A stretch of DNA of 64,000 bases from Syntrophorhabdaceae bacterium (GTDB lineage Bacteria; Desulfobacterota; Syntrophorhabdia; Syntrophorhabdales; Syntrophorhabdaceae), in contig CAXXUO010000009.1 of assembly GCA_963666485.2 (NCBI GenBank), positions 224,001 through 288,000 on the forward strand, given 5' to 3'. This document shows, in pieces, positions 30,684 through 41,400 of the stretch. The translations under genes were made by a program, and so were the position numbers. Each line of letters opens with the position of its first letter. Within the stretch, counting starts at the first letter, position 1. The notes under the pieces are model-generated. The model did not search any database. It had not been told where the DNA came from and saw only the letters and a list, made by a program, of their open reading frames with translations.

Positions 30684-31756
30684 CGTCCGACGATCCCCGC
30701 CTGGCTGATAAATCTGGATGTTTTTTCGATGCTGGCCTTCTTGAAGAGGACGGGCCAGTAAATGGGATGTTTCAGGATGAACGGCAGTGTATACCGGGCA
30801 AGTATCTTTCTCCTTTCTGATTCATTCCATTCATAGATCGATTGCCTCACCTGATCATTCATGCGCTTCATCAAACCATCGAAAAAGAACTGGAACTCTC
30901 GCGGAAGCGCCGCGGGCAGCGTGACGGCCCGGTACACCGGCCATATATCCGCAATGCTGTAACCTGCGCTGTCAAAGATCGCCCTCACGCAGAGGCCGAT
31001 CTTGCATTCGGCACGCTGGAAAAGAACATTTTCCCTGCTGTCCTCGTAGCGCACGTCATAGGGCAGGCCCTGATACTGCTCCCGCGGCGTGAAGATAAAG
31101 TTCCCCAAGGAGTAAAATATATACTTGCCTCTATACTCCTCATACCCCTGGGGCACGTGAGGATGGTGGCCGATAATGAGATCGACACCCTGGTCGATGA
31201 GCCTTCTTGCCGCCTCCTGCTGGTCACTGTTGACGAAGACATTGTGATCGTCACCCCAATGGAGGAACATAATGAGGAAATCGCATTCCTTCTTGAGGGA
31301 ATCCACGTCAAGCCGGTCAAGGTCCTTGAAGAGATGGCCGCTGAACCTGGACTCGACCCAATTGACCGCCGCCATACCCAGGGCCACCCCGTGCCTGACC
31401 GTCCTGCAATACTGTGAGATCCCCTCGTAGTCGATGCCGAAACCTTGAATCCCGCTGTCATCAAGAACTTCCGTTGTCTCATCGAGGCCCGGCTCAAAGA
31501 GGTCGAAGATATGGTTGTTGTTGAGACCCACATGGGTGAAACCAAAGTCGTTAAGTATTCCTACGTTCTGCGCGTTCGACCAGAGCGGGATCTTCCTCAA
31601 GTCCATCACTTTCGGCGGGGCAAGGACAATGGGGCACTCCAGGTTGCCCACAACCAGGTCCGCCTGCCTTAACTTCGCCTTAAGGCTTGGATCGGGCGTC
31701 TCTTCTATCACGCTCGCCCCCGGCATTATGTCACCTGTGAAGATACAGTCGATCAT
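30671..31756 (-). CDS. CapA/PgsA-family metallophosphoesterase
   Basis: GDIM, NLECP, NNNHIFD, HWG, IGHHPHV, YSLGNF. Confidence 0.88.
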   Translation of the reverse strand: MIDCIFTGDIMPGASVIEETPDPSLKAKLRQADLVVGNLECPIVLAPPKVMDLRKIPLWSNAQNVGILNDFGFTHVGLNNNHIFDLFEPGLDETTEVLDDSGIQGFGIDYEGISQYCRTVRHGVALGMAAVNWVESRFSGHLFKDLDRLDVDSLKKECDFLIMFLHWGDDHNVFVNSDQQEAARRLIDQGVDLIIGHHPHVPQGYEEYRGKYIFYSLGNFIFTPREQYQGLPYDVRYEDSRENVLFQRAECKIGLCVRAIFDSAGYSIADIWPVYRAVTLPAALPREFQFFFDGLMKRMNDQVRQSIYEWNESERRKILARYTLPFILKHPIYWPVLFKKASIEKTSRFISQAGIVGRWIK

Positions 31757-31758
31757 GG

Positions 31759-32511
31759 TCACGCGAACCGTATGCCCGAGGCGCCCCGCGATAGACTCCC
31801 GGAAAGCTTCCCGAAAAGCCTCTTGTATAATTCGAAAGGACCGGCGTTCCTCTCGAGGGAGATGCTCCGGCACGTACTGGTCATGTACCTGAGGGTAAGA
31901 AAATATCCGACGGTCACACGCCCTACCTCCGAAAAGGCCGCCCTGTGAAGGATCGCCCGGCTCGTCCTGTTCCATGCAATCGCAGACGCCACTCCGTTTG
32001 TGAAACCCCTGGGATAAAGAGCGCGCGCACCCGTTATCAGGAGGTTCCTGAAGACGTTCCTCCCTCTGTATCTTCTCGCAACATATGCGTTATACGCGTA
32101 AACCTGCCGCCTTTTAAGCCTGATGGTTGACTCGATCTCCGTTATGTATTTCTCGCCGGCGGCAAACCACGTGTATCCCACTATGCTGCCCTTATCCTCG
32201 CAGACAAAACAATGGCCGCCGCTTCGCAACCTTTCGTACGCTTCTCGTGCGTTGAACACGGGCTGAAAAACGGTTTCTGCGGCCCTCTGTGTGGCCAGAA
32301 CGCCCTCAATACCCTGCCACTCCTCTGGCCGGAGTTCTCTAAAGACGAGACCATTCGCGGGTTCCAGGCGCGATGATGCAAGTCCATGCATGGAGTATTT
32401 ATACATGATGAGGGTCTTTCTCGAATAAATGCTGTGTAAAACCTTCGACCAGAGATCGTCCATATATCGACCGTACTCTCTTTTCAGCCTGGTTTCTGCC
32501 GTGGTGGTCAT
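31759..32511 (-). CDS. GNAT-like N-acyltransferase
   Basis: CFVCEDKGSIVGYTWF, YNAYVARRYRGRNV, WNRTS. Confidence 0.7.
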   Translation of the reverse strand: MTTTAETRLKREYGRYMDDLWSKVLHSIYSRKTLIMYKYSMHGLASSRLEPANGLVFRELRPEEWQGIEGVLATQRAAETVFQPVFNAREAYERLRSGGHCFVCEDKGSIVGYTWFAAGEKYITEIESTIRLKRRQVYAYNAYVARRYRGRNVFRNLLITGARALYPRGFTNGVASAIAWNRTSRAILHRAAFSEVGRVTVGYFLTLRYMTSTCRSISLERNAGPFELYKRLFGKLSGSLSRGASGIRFA

Positions 32512-33239
32512 TTCATCGTATCCCCGGGAAACACACGATGATCTCCGGGCATAAGCAGCCTGAGCCTGCCGAACATCTTCCGGTAAAATCCGAAGGTACC
32601 TGTTTCATTACGGAAGGCAATGTCCCTGCACGTATTTATGAGGTACCTGAAGGTAAGCAAATAACCGGTGGTCACAATCCCGGAAACCACGAAATTCAGC
32701 TTCCTGACGGCCTCTCTCGAGGCCTTATTCCAGTCCATGGTGGCGGTGATCTCCCGGGCGAAGCCCTGAGGAACAAGGTGCTTTCGGGCCGCGCTGAGAT
32801 TTCCGCCAAGTACGTTCCGATGCCTGTGGTCCTTCAACCTGTAGGAATTATAGAGATAGAGGTCCTTTTGCCCGAGGAGGATTGTCGACTCGATCTCGGG
32901 AATGTACTTGTCCTTTTTTGTGAACCAGGAATAGCCGATGAACTCTCCCTCGTCCTCGCAAACATAGCAGAGTTCACCCTTCTCAAGCCGTAGGGCGGCC
33001 TCCTGTATGTCGATAGGTTTGAATACGGGCTCGCAATCGCGCTGAACGTCTAACAGTTCCGACAGTTTGTCAAGGTCGGATGGCTCAAGCGCCCTGAAAA
33101 CAGGCCCGTCCTGCGGGGCTTGCCAGGGGTCCCGGCCGTTGTATGGATACTCGTAAAAAACCATTCTCGTCGTTGAAAAGAGATAACGAATTATCCTTTT
33201 CAGCATCCTCGGCTTGAGCATTTGTGCCTCGTCTGTCAT
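32508..33239 (-). CDS. GNAT-like N-acyltransferase, paralog of the neighbouring gene
   Basis: CYVCEDEGEFIGYSWF, KYIPEIESTI, YNSY...HRHRNV, WNKAS; ATGA overlap with the upstream gene. Confidence 0.68.
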   Translation of the reverse strand: MTDEAQMLKPRMLKRIIRYLFSTTRMVFYEYPYNGRDPWQAPQDGPVFRALEPSDLDKLSELLDVQRDCEPVFKPIDIQEAALRLEKGELCYVCEDEGEFIGYSWFTKKDKYIPEIESTILLGQKDLYLYNSYRLKDHRHRNVLGGNLSAARKHLVPQGFAREITATMDWNKASREAVRKLNFVVSGIVTTGYLLTFRYLINTCRDIAFRNETGTFGFYRKMFGRLRLLMPGDHRVFPGDTMK

Positions 33240-34360
33240 CTTTCGCCTCGTTGACCTGGAAATGTCAGGCCGTACTGTGCGAACAGGGCGCGGTTTTGAG
33301 CCGTCAGGAGGCCTCCGTTCGTTGCCTGGATCCCGGCTGTCCCCCATTCTATATTCCCTTCTATTATCACCGGGCCGTCCGGGGTAACAGCAAGGTCCCA
33401 TCCTATGGCCTTGAGCTCTCTGAAAGCTCTTTGCGCTTTTGCAACCGCGCTCTTCACCTCACTCCAGAACGGTACCGTAAAATTGTCAAGAGGCGTACTT
33501 GTGAGCGGGTGGTCCATGACCCTCACGATCGCCCGCCCTTTCATGAACCCGGGAGCTTTGAGCCTGCCTGTTTCCCTGTCGATCTTGACCACGATGCCGC
33601 CCGCCGAGAAATTATCGATCGGGACCTTTCCCGAACTCGTCCGCAGCATGGAGGCCAGGATCTTCACGTCGTCGTCCCGCGTAAGAAGCGTGATCACTCT
33701 GATACTGTTCAGGCAACAGGGATTGATGAGATCGAGCGCCGGATGCTGAGTGATGACCTCCTGCACGATAAACTCGCCTTCCGGCCCGTTTGAGGTGCCG
33801 ACGCCTGCAGGGGGAGATACGGGTTCGACACGAATTCCGGCGCCCTCTCTGACGGCGAAATATATTCCTTTGCCCTGCAAGCCGCGCAGCGGTTTCAGAA
33901 TGACCCTGTCCCGTCCTTCTCTCTCCATCACCTGCATGAGACTGCTTCCGTCTGCCTTGAGGGATCCCTGTGCATAGATGCCGTAGGCATTGGGAACAGG
34001 GATCCCGTGGAACCGGCAGAGACAGTGAAAGATATACTTGTCGTTCACGAGAGAGGAATAACTGTCGTTCCACAGGGCATCGTACAGCCTGGCCTTGAGG
34101 AGCGGGGCCACGGGTTCGTCCATGTATTCCCTGAACTCTGCCCGTTTCTTCTCATCGAGGCCGAAGAGAAAGTAATTGCGCGGCACGATCCCGAGGACAA
34201 AAAAGAGGTAGAGCCGATCTACGAATGCCGTAAACCGGGACTTCCCTGACGTGGGCCTGCCGTTTGGGGCATTCGGGACGATCTCCTTGAAAAGCTCCGG
34301 GAACTCGGCGTAGTGCGACAGGTGGTGATGGACCGATCTCAGTATTTGCAGGGTATTCAT
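33236..34360 (-). CDS. Sugar-transfer-associated ATP-grasp protein
   Basis: DKYIF, LKPLRGLQGKG, VQEVITQH, LNSIRVIT, DNFSAGG, HPLT, IGWDLAVT.DGPVIIEGN. Confidence 0.88.
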   Translation of the reverse strand: MNTLQILRSVHHHLSHYAEFPELFKEIVPNAPNGRPTSGKSRFTAFVDRLYLFFVLGIVPRNYFLFGLDEKKRAEFREYMDEPVAPLLKARLYDALWNDSYSSLVNDKYIFHCLCRFHGIPVPNAYGIYAQGSLKADGSSLMQVMEREGRDRVILKPLRGLQGKGIYFAVREGAGIRVEPVSPPAGVGTSNGPEGEFIVQEVITQHPALDLINPCCLNSIRVITLLTRDDDVKILASMLRTSSGKVPIDNFSAGGIVVKIDRETGRLKAPGFMKGRAIVRVMDHPLTSTPLDNFTVPFWSEVKSAVAKAQRAFRELKAIGWDLAVTPDGPVIIEGNIEWGTAGIQATNGGLLTAQNRALFAQYGLTFPGQRGER

Positions 34361-34366
34361 GGGTGC

Positions 34367-37300
34367 CTATCGAAGCGAGGGAGGCTTCAGGTTGAAATTG
34401 ATCACCTCGTGGATGTCCTGGTACGTGTTCAGGTGCAGGCGTATCGCATCGTCGCTCATCCCGCTGATGTAATCCTTGATATAGTCGAGCCCTGTATACA
34501 TGTCCGAATCGCTCGTCGTGCAGAACAGGACACCGCGATGGAAGTTCCCGGCAAAGTAGTTGCACGAATTGCACGAGGAATAGAACATGCGCGAGTACTT
34601 GAGCTCGCTTTCGGTGATCCCCGTGTTGCCGTACAGGATCGTCTTGCCGTAGGAACCCGAACTGTCGAAGAAGTGCGGTTTGTTATGGTACGCGTTGTCG
34701 GCGATACTCGTGTAGGCAGATTTGACGCTCTGGACATAACCGGTGTTCGTCATCGTGTCGGTGTTCGAAGACGATCGCACCGTAAGCGAGACTGTGTACG
34801 TCCCGGCAGTCCTGAACCTGTGGGCAGGGTTCTGTTCGGTGCTCGTCGTCCCGTCGCCAAAATCCCACAACCACGATGTAACGCTGCCCGAACTCATGTC
34901 CGTGAACTGGACCGATGTCCGCGTGGTGACGTTGCGGGCGTCGGCCGTGAACAATGCCCGCAGGGCGCCGGTCGAACCGACACGTATGACGCCCGTCTTT
35001 ACCTCCGTATCCTGGGCCCCTAAGCCGCTCGTGACAGTCAGGGCAACCGTATAGATGCCGGCCTGCGAATAGACATGCGCGGGGCTTCGCGACGTGCTCG
35101 TCTTACCGTCGCCGAAATCCCAGAACCAGCCGGTGATAATGTCACCTGTCGGGGAAGATATCTCGCTCACGTCTTTAAATGCCACGGTGAGGGGGGGCGA
35201 GCCGGTGACGACACTGGCGGAGAACTCTGCCTGCAGCCTGTTCGCGAGATCGCCGATGGAACTCAAGCGTATAGAATCGGCGACCACCCTTCCATCGGCC
35301 TTGTCGGTAAGAGAGACCTTGTAACTGCCGGGACTGAAGTAAAAGGTACCGAGCAGATATCCTGCTGTCTTGGCCCTCTGGTCCGCCTCGACCGTCGTCG
35401 TCCCGCCATCATGCTCGATCGTATAGCTGGCGTTTGAAGCGTTCGTGCTTGCCGACTGCCAGGTGGCGGTAACCTGATAGTAGCCGGGGTAGCGTACGAC
35501 GAGGGTCCACGTTGCCGTATTCGTGCCGGTGCCCGCGGCGTGGTACTGATAATTGTATGCGTTGTATTCCTTCACGTCATCCGCTTCCTTCCCAAGCGCC
35601 CAGGTCCCGGTAAAGTCGCAGCGGTTGTAATCGGGATCGTTGTTGACAATGAAGTACTCGGGATTCCGGCCGGGGCTTGGCGCGAGCCCGGACGGCGAGA
35701 ACCAGGCGGGGACCCCGGAGTCCGGGAAACGTTCGAGATAACTGCCATCGATGAGTTCGATCTTGTACAGGGTCGGATCTCCGGAGACTTTATATGTCAG
35801 ATAATAATTATAGGGCGGGACACCCTCCGCGAAAGTGTAGGGCATTATCCCGTTCGTTCCATTCTTGAATTTGGGAAGCCAGTTGGGATATGCCTGGCCG
35901 TACTGGACACCGTCTATCTTGACCGACACCATGGGGGTGGAGACGTGGGTGAAGCGGTCATCATCTATGTAACGAATGTCATCGATCTCCTGCACGTAGA
36001 CCTCGTCCCCCTGGGCGAATGAACCTCCGAGCCCGAAGTTTGAGTGACCGTTCCAGATGATATGCGCACCTTCCTGCCTGAGGGCGTTCATGAAGCCGTC
36101 CGGCGTGTTTACGAAGTGAAAGATGAACGTCTTTCCCAGGGACGTGTTGCGGTAGACCCAGGTATCATTGACCTGCGTTGCCCCCAGGTCTTTAAGGATT
36201 ATCTTCACGTTGGGCACAAAGACACCGTCCTTCGCATACCCGTCGCCGATGTAGATGTGTTCCACGCTTCCGCTTACCGCATGAACGTACTGCGCGGCCG
36301 TCTTCGTATTGGAGCCTGCCGTGTTGGAGACCGTAAGCGACACCGTATAATACCCGTCCGCGGAGTAGGTGTGTGTCGGGTTCTTTGCCGTGCTCGTCGT
36401 TCCGTCGCCGAAATCCCAGAGCCACGACGTCACGGTGCCGGTGCTGAGATCGGTAAACGTGACCGCAAGAGGGACGCTCCCCTCGACCGCGCTGGCACTA
36501 AAGTCTGCTGCGGGAGGCTCGGCCGCCACGGCCGCAAATCTGACCGCATCGGCACACGTACTCGTGGGAGCCGCCTGGGATGTTATTGTGATGTTGTATG
36601 TCGTCCCAGCGAGAAAACTGAATGTCCCCAGAGGATTCCATGTGCCCGCGTTTACAAGCTGGTTGATGGTGACTGTCTGCGAACCCCCGGCATGGTTGAT
36701 CACAACGGGTATGGCCGAACTTCGCGTCGACGTCGTGGTCCACCACATCGATACATTGTAGTTGCCCGTCTGGGACGGGGTGAACTTCCAGGTGAACGCG
36801 GCCCCGTCACGGCTCCACACCGAGCCCGTGCCATAATAACCGGAAGCGGCCGATGCCGCCCACGTGCCCGTGCGTGCCGTACGGGTATCCGTGTTGTCGA
36901 TGATGGTATCTGTGGGCGCGGCACCGACCACGAGGGACTCGGCTGCTGCAACGGACATAACACCTTCAGTGCTTCTGACCCTGAATGTGATCGTGTGTGT
37001 GCCGGCGCTCAATTTGGAGGTGGAAAAAGAGGCTTCCGTCCCGATGGCACCGTCAATTGAGGAATTCCACTCGTAGGCGGCGATAGAGGCCCCGCTGCCG
37101 TGACCGGTAAATGTGACCGCCTGTCCTGCCCAGGCGGGATTGGGCGTTATAGAATCGATCTGGGCGACCGGAACTTCGCTTGTCAGGGTGAACCTGACCG
37201 CATCGGCACACGTACTCGTGGGGCCTGCCTGGGAAACAATTGTTATGTTATAGGTGACCCCTGCGGCAAAGGCGAAAGTGCCGAGAGAATTCCACTGCCC

Positions 37301-38311
37301 CTCGTTCTGAAGCTGGTTTATCGTGACGGTTTGCAAGCCATTCGCATTATTGATCTGAACAGGTATCGAAGGGCTTCGCGACGACGTCGTGGTCCACCAC
37401 ATCGATACATTGTAGTTGCCCGTCTGGGACGGGGTGAACTTCCAGGTGAACGCGGCCCCGTCACGGCTCCATACCGAGCCCGTGCCATAATAACCGGAAG
37501 CGGCCGATGCCGCCCACGTGCCCGTGCGTGCCGTACGGGTATCCGTGTTGTCGATTATCACTTCTTCCGACGCGCCTCCCACGACAAGCGTCGTCGTGGC
37601 CCCGCCCGATGTCAGGCCGCTGTTGTCGGTTACGACGAATGTAATGATATGTGCACCGGTACTCAGGCTTGACGTTGAAAAGCCCGGTTCCGTACTCAAG
37701 GCACCATCAAGAGACGAGGTCCATTTGTAACCTGTTATTGTCCCGTCGCTGTCCATTCCGTGTCCGGTAAAAGTCACTGTTTGGCCGGGATTTGCCGGCG
37801 ACGGACTGATGGAGTCTATCGTTGCAACAGGAAGCGCAGCACTCGAGACATATTTGAACTGCACGGCGTCGGCGCAGGTGCTCAGCGTATCGCCGGCGGC
37901 CGCCGTGATCGTCACCGACCCGCTCCCATTGAAATAAAACGTTCCGAGGCTGTTCCACTGGCCGGAGTTCTTAAGCTGGTTGACAGTCAGGTTCTGGGTC
38001 CCGCCGGTGAAATTTACCGCCACCGGAACGCCGGAGGGCCTGCTCGAATACCCGGACCACCACATGAACACTTCATACATTCCCGCCTGCTGGCCGTTCA
38101 TTGAGAACGTGTAGGTCGCGCCGTTGCGCGACCACAGGCTTGAGGCGCCATAGGGGGTTGTTCCGCCGGAAAGCGACCATGAGCCTGTATAAGACGTCCC
38201 CGTGCCGCCGTTATCGACTATGACATCAGCCCGGAGCGGCCCCGCACGGAAAAGAGCAATCAGGAAAATCAGGAAAACGAACACACCGGCGAGGACGTGC
38301 TTCGACTTCAT
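34367..38311 (-). CDS. Large secreted protein (1314 aa) with golvesin/CBM-like and PKD repeats and an uncharacterised core
   Basis: Signal peptide; repeats IIDN...G.W...Y.V.MWW...NQ..N.G.WN.LGTF...CADAVRF; PKD WLWDFGDG...NP.H.Y...G.YTVSLTV. Confidence 0.9.
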   Translation of the reverse strand: MKSKHVLAGVFVFLIFLIALFRAGPLRADVIVDNGGTGTSYTGSWSLSGGTTPYGASSLWSRNGATYTFSMNGQQAGMYEVFMWWSGYSSRPSGVPVAVNFTGGTQNLTVNQLKNSGQWNSLGTFYFNGSGSVTITAAAGDTLSTCADAVQFKYVSSAALPVATIDSISPSPANPGQTVTFTGHGMDSDGTITGYKWTSSLDGALSTEPGFSTSSLSTGAHIITFVVTDNSGLTSGGATTTLVVGGASEEVIIDNTDTRTARTGTWAASAASGYYGTGSVWSRDGAAFTWKFTPSQTGNYNVSMWWTTTSSRSPSIPVQINNANGLQTVTINQLQNEGQWNSLGTFAFAAGVTYNITIVSQAGPTSTCADAVRFTLTSEVPVAQIDSITPNPAWAGQAVTFTGHGSGASIAAYEWNSSIDGAIGTEASFSTSKLSAGTHTITFRVRSTEGVMSVAAAESLVVGAAPTDTIIDNTDTRTARTGTWAASAASGYYGTGSVWSRDGAAFTWKFTPSQTGNYNVSMWWTTTSTRSSAIPVVINHAGGSQTVTINQLVNAGTWNPLGTFSFLAGTTYNITITSQAAPTSTCADAVRFAAVAAEPPAADFSASAVEGSVPLAVTFTDLSTGTVTSWLWDFGDGTTSTAKNPTHTYSADGYYTVSLTVSNTAGSNTKTAAQYVHAVSGSVEHIYIGDGYAKDGVFVPNVKIILKDLGATQVNDTWVYRNTSLGKTFIFHFVNTPDGFMNALRQEGAHIIWNGHSNFGLGGSFAQGDEVYVQEIDDIRYIDDDRFTHVSTPMVSVKIDGVQYGQAYPNWLPKFKNGTNGIMPYTFAEGVPPYNYYLTYKVSGDPTLYKIELIDGSYLERFPDSGVPAWFSPSGLAPSPGRNPEYFIVNNDPDYNRCDFTGTWALGKEADDVKEYNAYNYQYHAAGTGTNTATWTLVVRYPGYYQVTATWQSASTNASNASYTIEHDGGTTTVEADQRAKTAGYLLGTFYFSPGSYKVSLTDKADGRVVADSIRLSSIGDLANRLQAEFSASVVTGSPPLTVAFKDVSEISSPTGDIITGWFWDFGDGKTSTSRSPAHVYSQAGIYTVALTVTSGLGAQDTEVKTGVIRVGSTGALRALFTADARNVTTRTSVQFTDMSSGSVTSWLWDFGDGTTSTEQNPAHRFRTAGTYTVSLTVRSSSNTDTMTNTGYVQSVKSAYTSIADNAYHNKPHFFDSSGSYGKTILYGNTGITESELKYSRMFYSSCNSCNYFAGNFHRGVLFCTTSDSDMYTGLDYIKDYISGMSDDAIRLHLNTYQDIHEVINFNLKPPSLR
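36728..37555. repeat. Near-identical intragenic direct repeat of about 170 bp (36728-36901 and 37382-37555)
   Basis: Visual alignment shows one mismatch (cacac vs catac). Confidence 0.85.
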
Positions 38312-38345
38312 AGGCGCTCCTTTGGTCTGTGATGAAAAATGGCTG

Positions 38346-38389
38346 CGGGAGGCGGCCCGCTGCGTCTTTACCGGCAGCGGGCCCTCCCG
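38346..38389 (-). terminator. GC-rich hairpin between the two giant genes (weak terminator or mRNA stabiliser)
   Basis: cgggaggcggcccgctgc...gcagcgggccctcccg; short U-run a few nt downstream on the minus strand. Confidence 0.55.
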
Positions 38390-38413
38390 GATCAGGTCTA
38401 CGGGGTGACGACT

Positions 38414-41400
38414 CTAGCGCATTGAGGGAGGTTTGCGAGTAAAATCCAGTATGTGGTGTATGGGCTGTACTGAATTCACAACGGAAAGTATCTGGTCATC
38501 CGTATACCCCTTGAGGTAATACTCGAGATAATTGAGCGCGGTATATGAATCGCTGTCTCCTGTCGTGCAGTAGAAGATGCCCCTCTGGAATGTCCCTCCA
38601 TAGTATGAACAGGAATTGCATGATCCGTAGAACATGCGGGAGTATTTCATGTCCTCGTCCGGTATTTTCACCGGCCTGGCATCGAGTATGACCTTGCCGA
38701 ACGTGATCGGGCTTCCCGTTATGCGCGAATAGAAATGCGGTCTGTGATGGGCTGTGTTGTCCGCGTAAATGAGACCAATTATGTTATTGACAAAATCAGT
38801 CTCCGTTTCCGTACTGCTGCCTCCCGGCCCGGTCACGGTCAGGCTCACCGTGTATGTCCCGGGTACCGTATAGGTATGCGTGGGGTTTTGTTCCGTGCTC
38901 GTCGCGCCGTCGCCAAAATCCCAGAGCCAGTTCGTTATGCTCCCCGAACTCTGATCGGCAAACGTTACGACCGTTCTGTCGGAGCCCATGCGGCTTGAAG
39001 ACGTGAAATTCGCTCGCAAGGGCGCACTCTGGCCGACTGCTATGAGTCCCGTCTTGGTTTCCGTGTCCGTAGCGCCCGTTGAATCCGTGACGGTCAGGCT
39101 GACAGTGTATACCCCGGGGCTCGAATATGTATGAACGGGGTGTTGGGTCGTACTCGTCCCTCCATCCCCGAAATTCCAGCGCCACTGCGTTATACTTGCC
39201 GTGGTATCGGCCATGTTGTAATACCCGCTGTAGTCGGTGAATTGAACGGCAAGAGGAGAAGCGCCCGCAAGGACATCGGCGTCGAACTCTGCCTGGAAGA
39301 TCTTCTGAGGGTTATCGACAGCGCTTAAGACAACGGCATCCGCTATCACGCGTCCGTTTGCGTTGTCACTTAACCTGATGGTGTACACGCCTGGATTGAA
39401 ATAATAGACACCGAGCGTATTCACGAAGTTGGACACCCTCTGGTCCACCTCTACGACTGCCGAGCCGGCTGCATGGTTGACCGTATATTTGGCATTGCTT
39501 GCATTCGCTGCATTGGCCTTCCAGGAAGCGAGGGTGGCATAGAGGCCCGGATAGGTGACGACAAGCGTCCAGGTGGCCGTGTTTGTGCCTGTGCCGGCGG
39601 CATGATACTGGTAGTTGTATCCAAGATACCCGTCTGCTCCCATATATCCCCCGTTGGGGACCGATTCGAACGGCCAGGTACCTACAAAATCACACCTGTT
39701 GTAATCGGCGTCATTGTTGACGATAAAGTACTCGGGATTGAGCGCCGGGTCCGGCTTCGCACCGGTGGTAGAGAACCATGCCGGTGTCGCGGAGTCGGGA
39801 AACCGCTGGATAGTTTTCCCGTCCTCAAGTTCTATCTTGTAGATGGTCGGATCTCCCGAGACCTTGTATGTCAGGTAATAGTTGTACGGCGGCAGACCCT
39901 GCGAGAAAGTGTACGGCATAATACCGCTCGTCCCGTCCTTGTATACGGGCAGCCAGTTGGGATACGCCTGGCCATACTGAACCCCGTCGATCTTGACCGA
40001 GACCATGTCTGATGAAAAATTCGTAAAACGGTCGTCGTTGATGTAACGGATGGCCGTGATCTCCTGTGTGTAGACCTCGTCGCCGGTTGCGAACGTCGCG
40101 CCAAGCCCGAAATTCGAGTGACCGTTAAAAATGACATGGGCACCTTCGGTCTTGATCGCGGCGGTCATTGCGGCAGCGTCCTTCACCGTGTGCAGGTAGA
40201 AGGTTTTGCCTGTGGTTGCATTCGTGTATGTCCAGACGTCACCCGATACATTTCCTCCCATGCCCTTAAGCAGCGTTTTGGCATTGGGAATAAAGAGCGC
40301 ATCGCTGGCGTACCCGTCGCAGAGATAGATATGTTCACCGGTCGTGTCGACGTGAACGTAATCTGTCCGCGTCTTTGTGTTTTGTCCCGCGTCATTGGAC
40401 ACGGTGAGAGATACCGTGTAGATCCCGGGCGATGTATATGTGTGTGATGGGTTCTGATCCGTGCTTGTCCCGCCGTCGCCGAAATTCCACGCCCACGCTT
40501 TTATAACACCGAGGCTCTGGTCCGTGAATTGAATGGTAATCGGTTTCGTGCCCCACGTGACGGCGGCTGAAAAATCAGCGGTCGGAGCGCTCAAGACAGC
40601 GGGGGAGAACTTGACCGCGTCTGCGCACGTGCTTGTGGGGTTTGCCTGGGACGTAATGGTAACATTATACGTCGTCCCGGCAATGAACTCATACGTGCCG
40701 AGACTGTTCCACCTGCCGCCATTCTGAAGCTGATTTATCGTTGCAGTCTGGGTTCCGCCGGAATGTGCGATGGATACCGGAATTGCAGAGCTTCGCGTCG
40801 AAGTCGTGGTCCACCACATGAATACTTCGTAAAACCCTGTTGCCGCCGGCGTGAATCTCCAGGTAAACGTCGCCCCGTCGCGGCTCCATAGCGAGTTTGT
40901 CCCGTAATACCCGGAAGCGGCGGACGTTGACCATGATCCCGTACGCGATGTCCGGGTGTCCGTGTTGTCGATAATGGCCTCGGACGGCATCACGTTCCCG
41001 ATAGTGAGGGACGACGTTACCGCGGCAGACCAGGCGTCGCCGTTATCCATAACACTGAACGTTATTGTGTGGGTGCCCGCGCTCAGTGCGGTGGACGAAA
41101 AAGATGCTGTAGTACCGATTATGCCGTCTATAGATGACGACCACTGATAGGCAGCGATGCTCCCGTCTGCATCCGTACCGTGGCCCGTGAATGTCACGGT
41201 CTGACCCGTGACGGCCGGGTTGGGTGTGATGGAATCTATGGCTGCCGTTGGCGGCGTGTTGGGGCCCTGCTCGACAACAAGGGATGACGTCACCGGTGTC
41301 GACCAGAGACCCAGGTTGTCCTTGACCCTGAACGATATTGTGTGGGTGCCCGCGCTCAACGTGGATATCGCGAACGTGGCCGCAGTTCCTATGGCCCCAT

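Noticed and set aside
29475..30761. Long plus-strand ORFs (for example 10815-12074, 15191-16186, 29475-30761, 36044-37060, 53553-54452)
   Set aside because: They are antisense shadows of well-supported minus-strand genes in GC-rich DNA and have no recognisable motifs.
30671..31756. Poly-gamma-glutamate capsule system (CapA plus gdhA in the same window)
   Set aside because: No CapB/CapC is present, and gdhA is about 30 kb away in a separate transcription unit.
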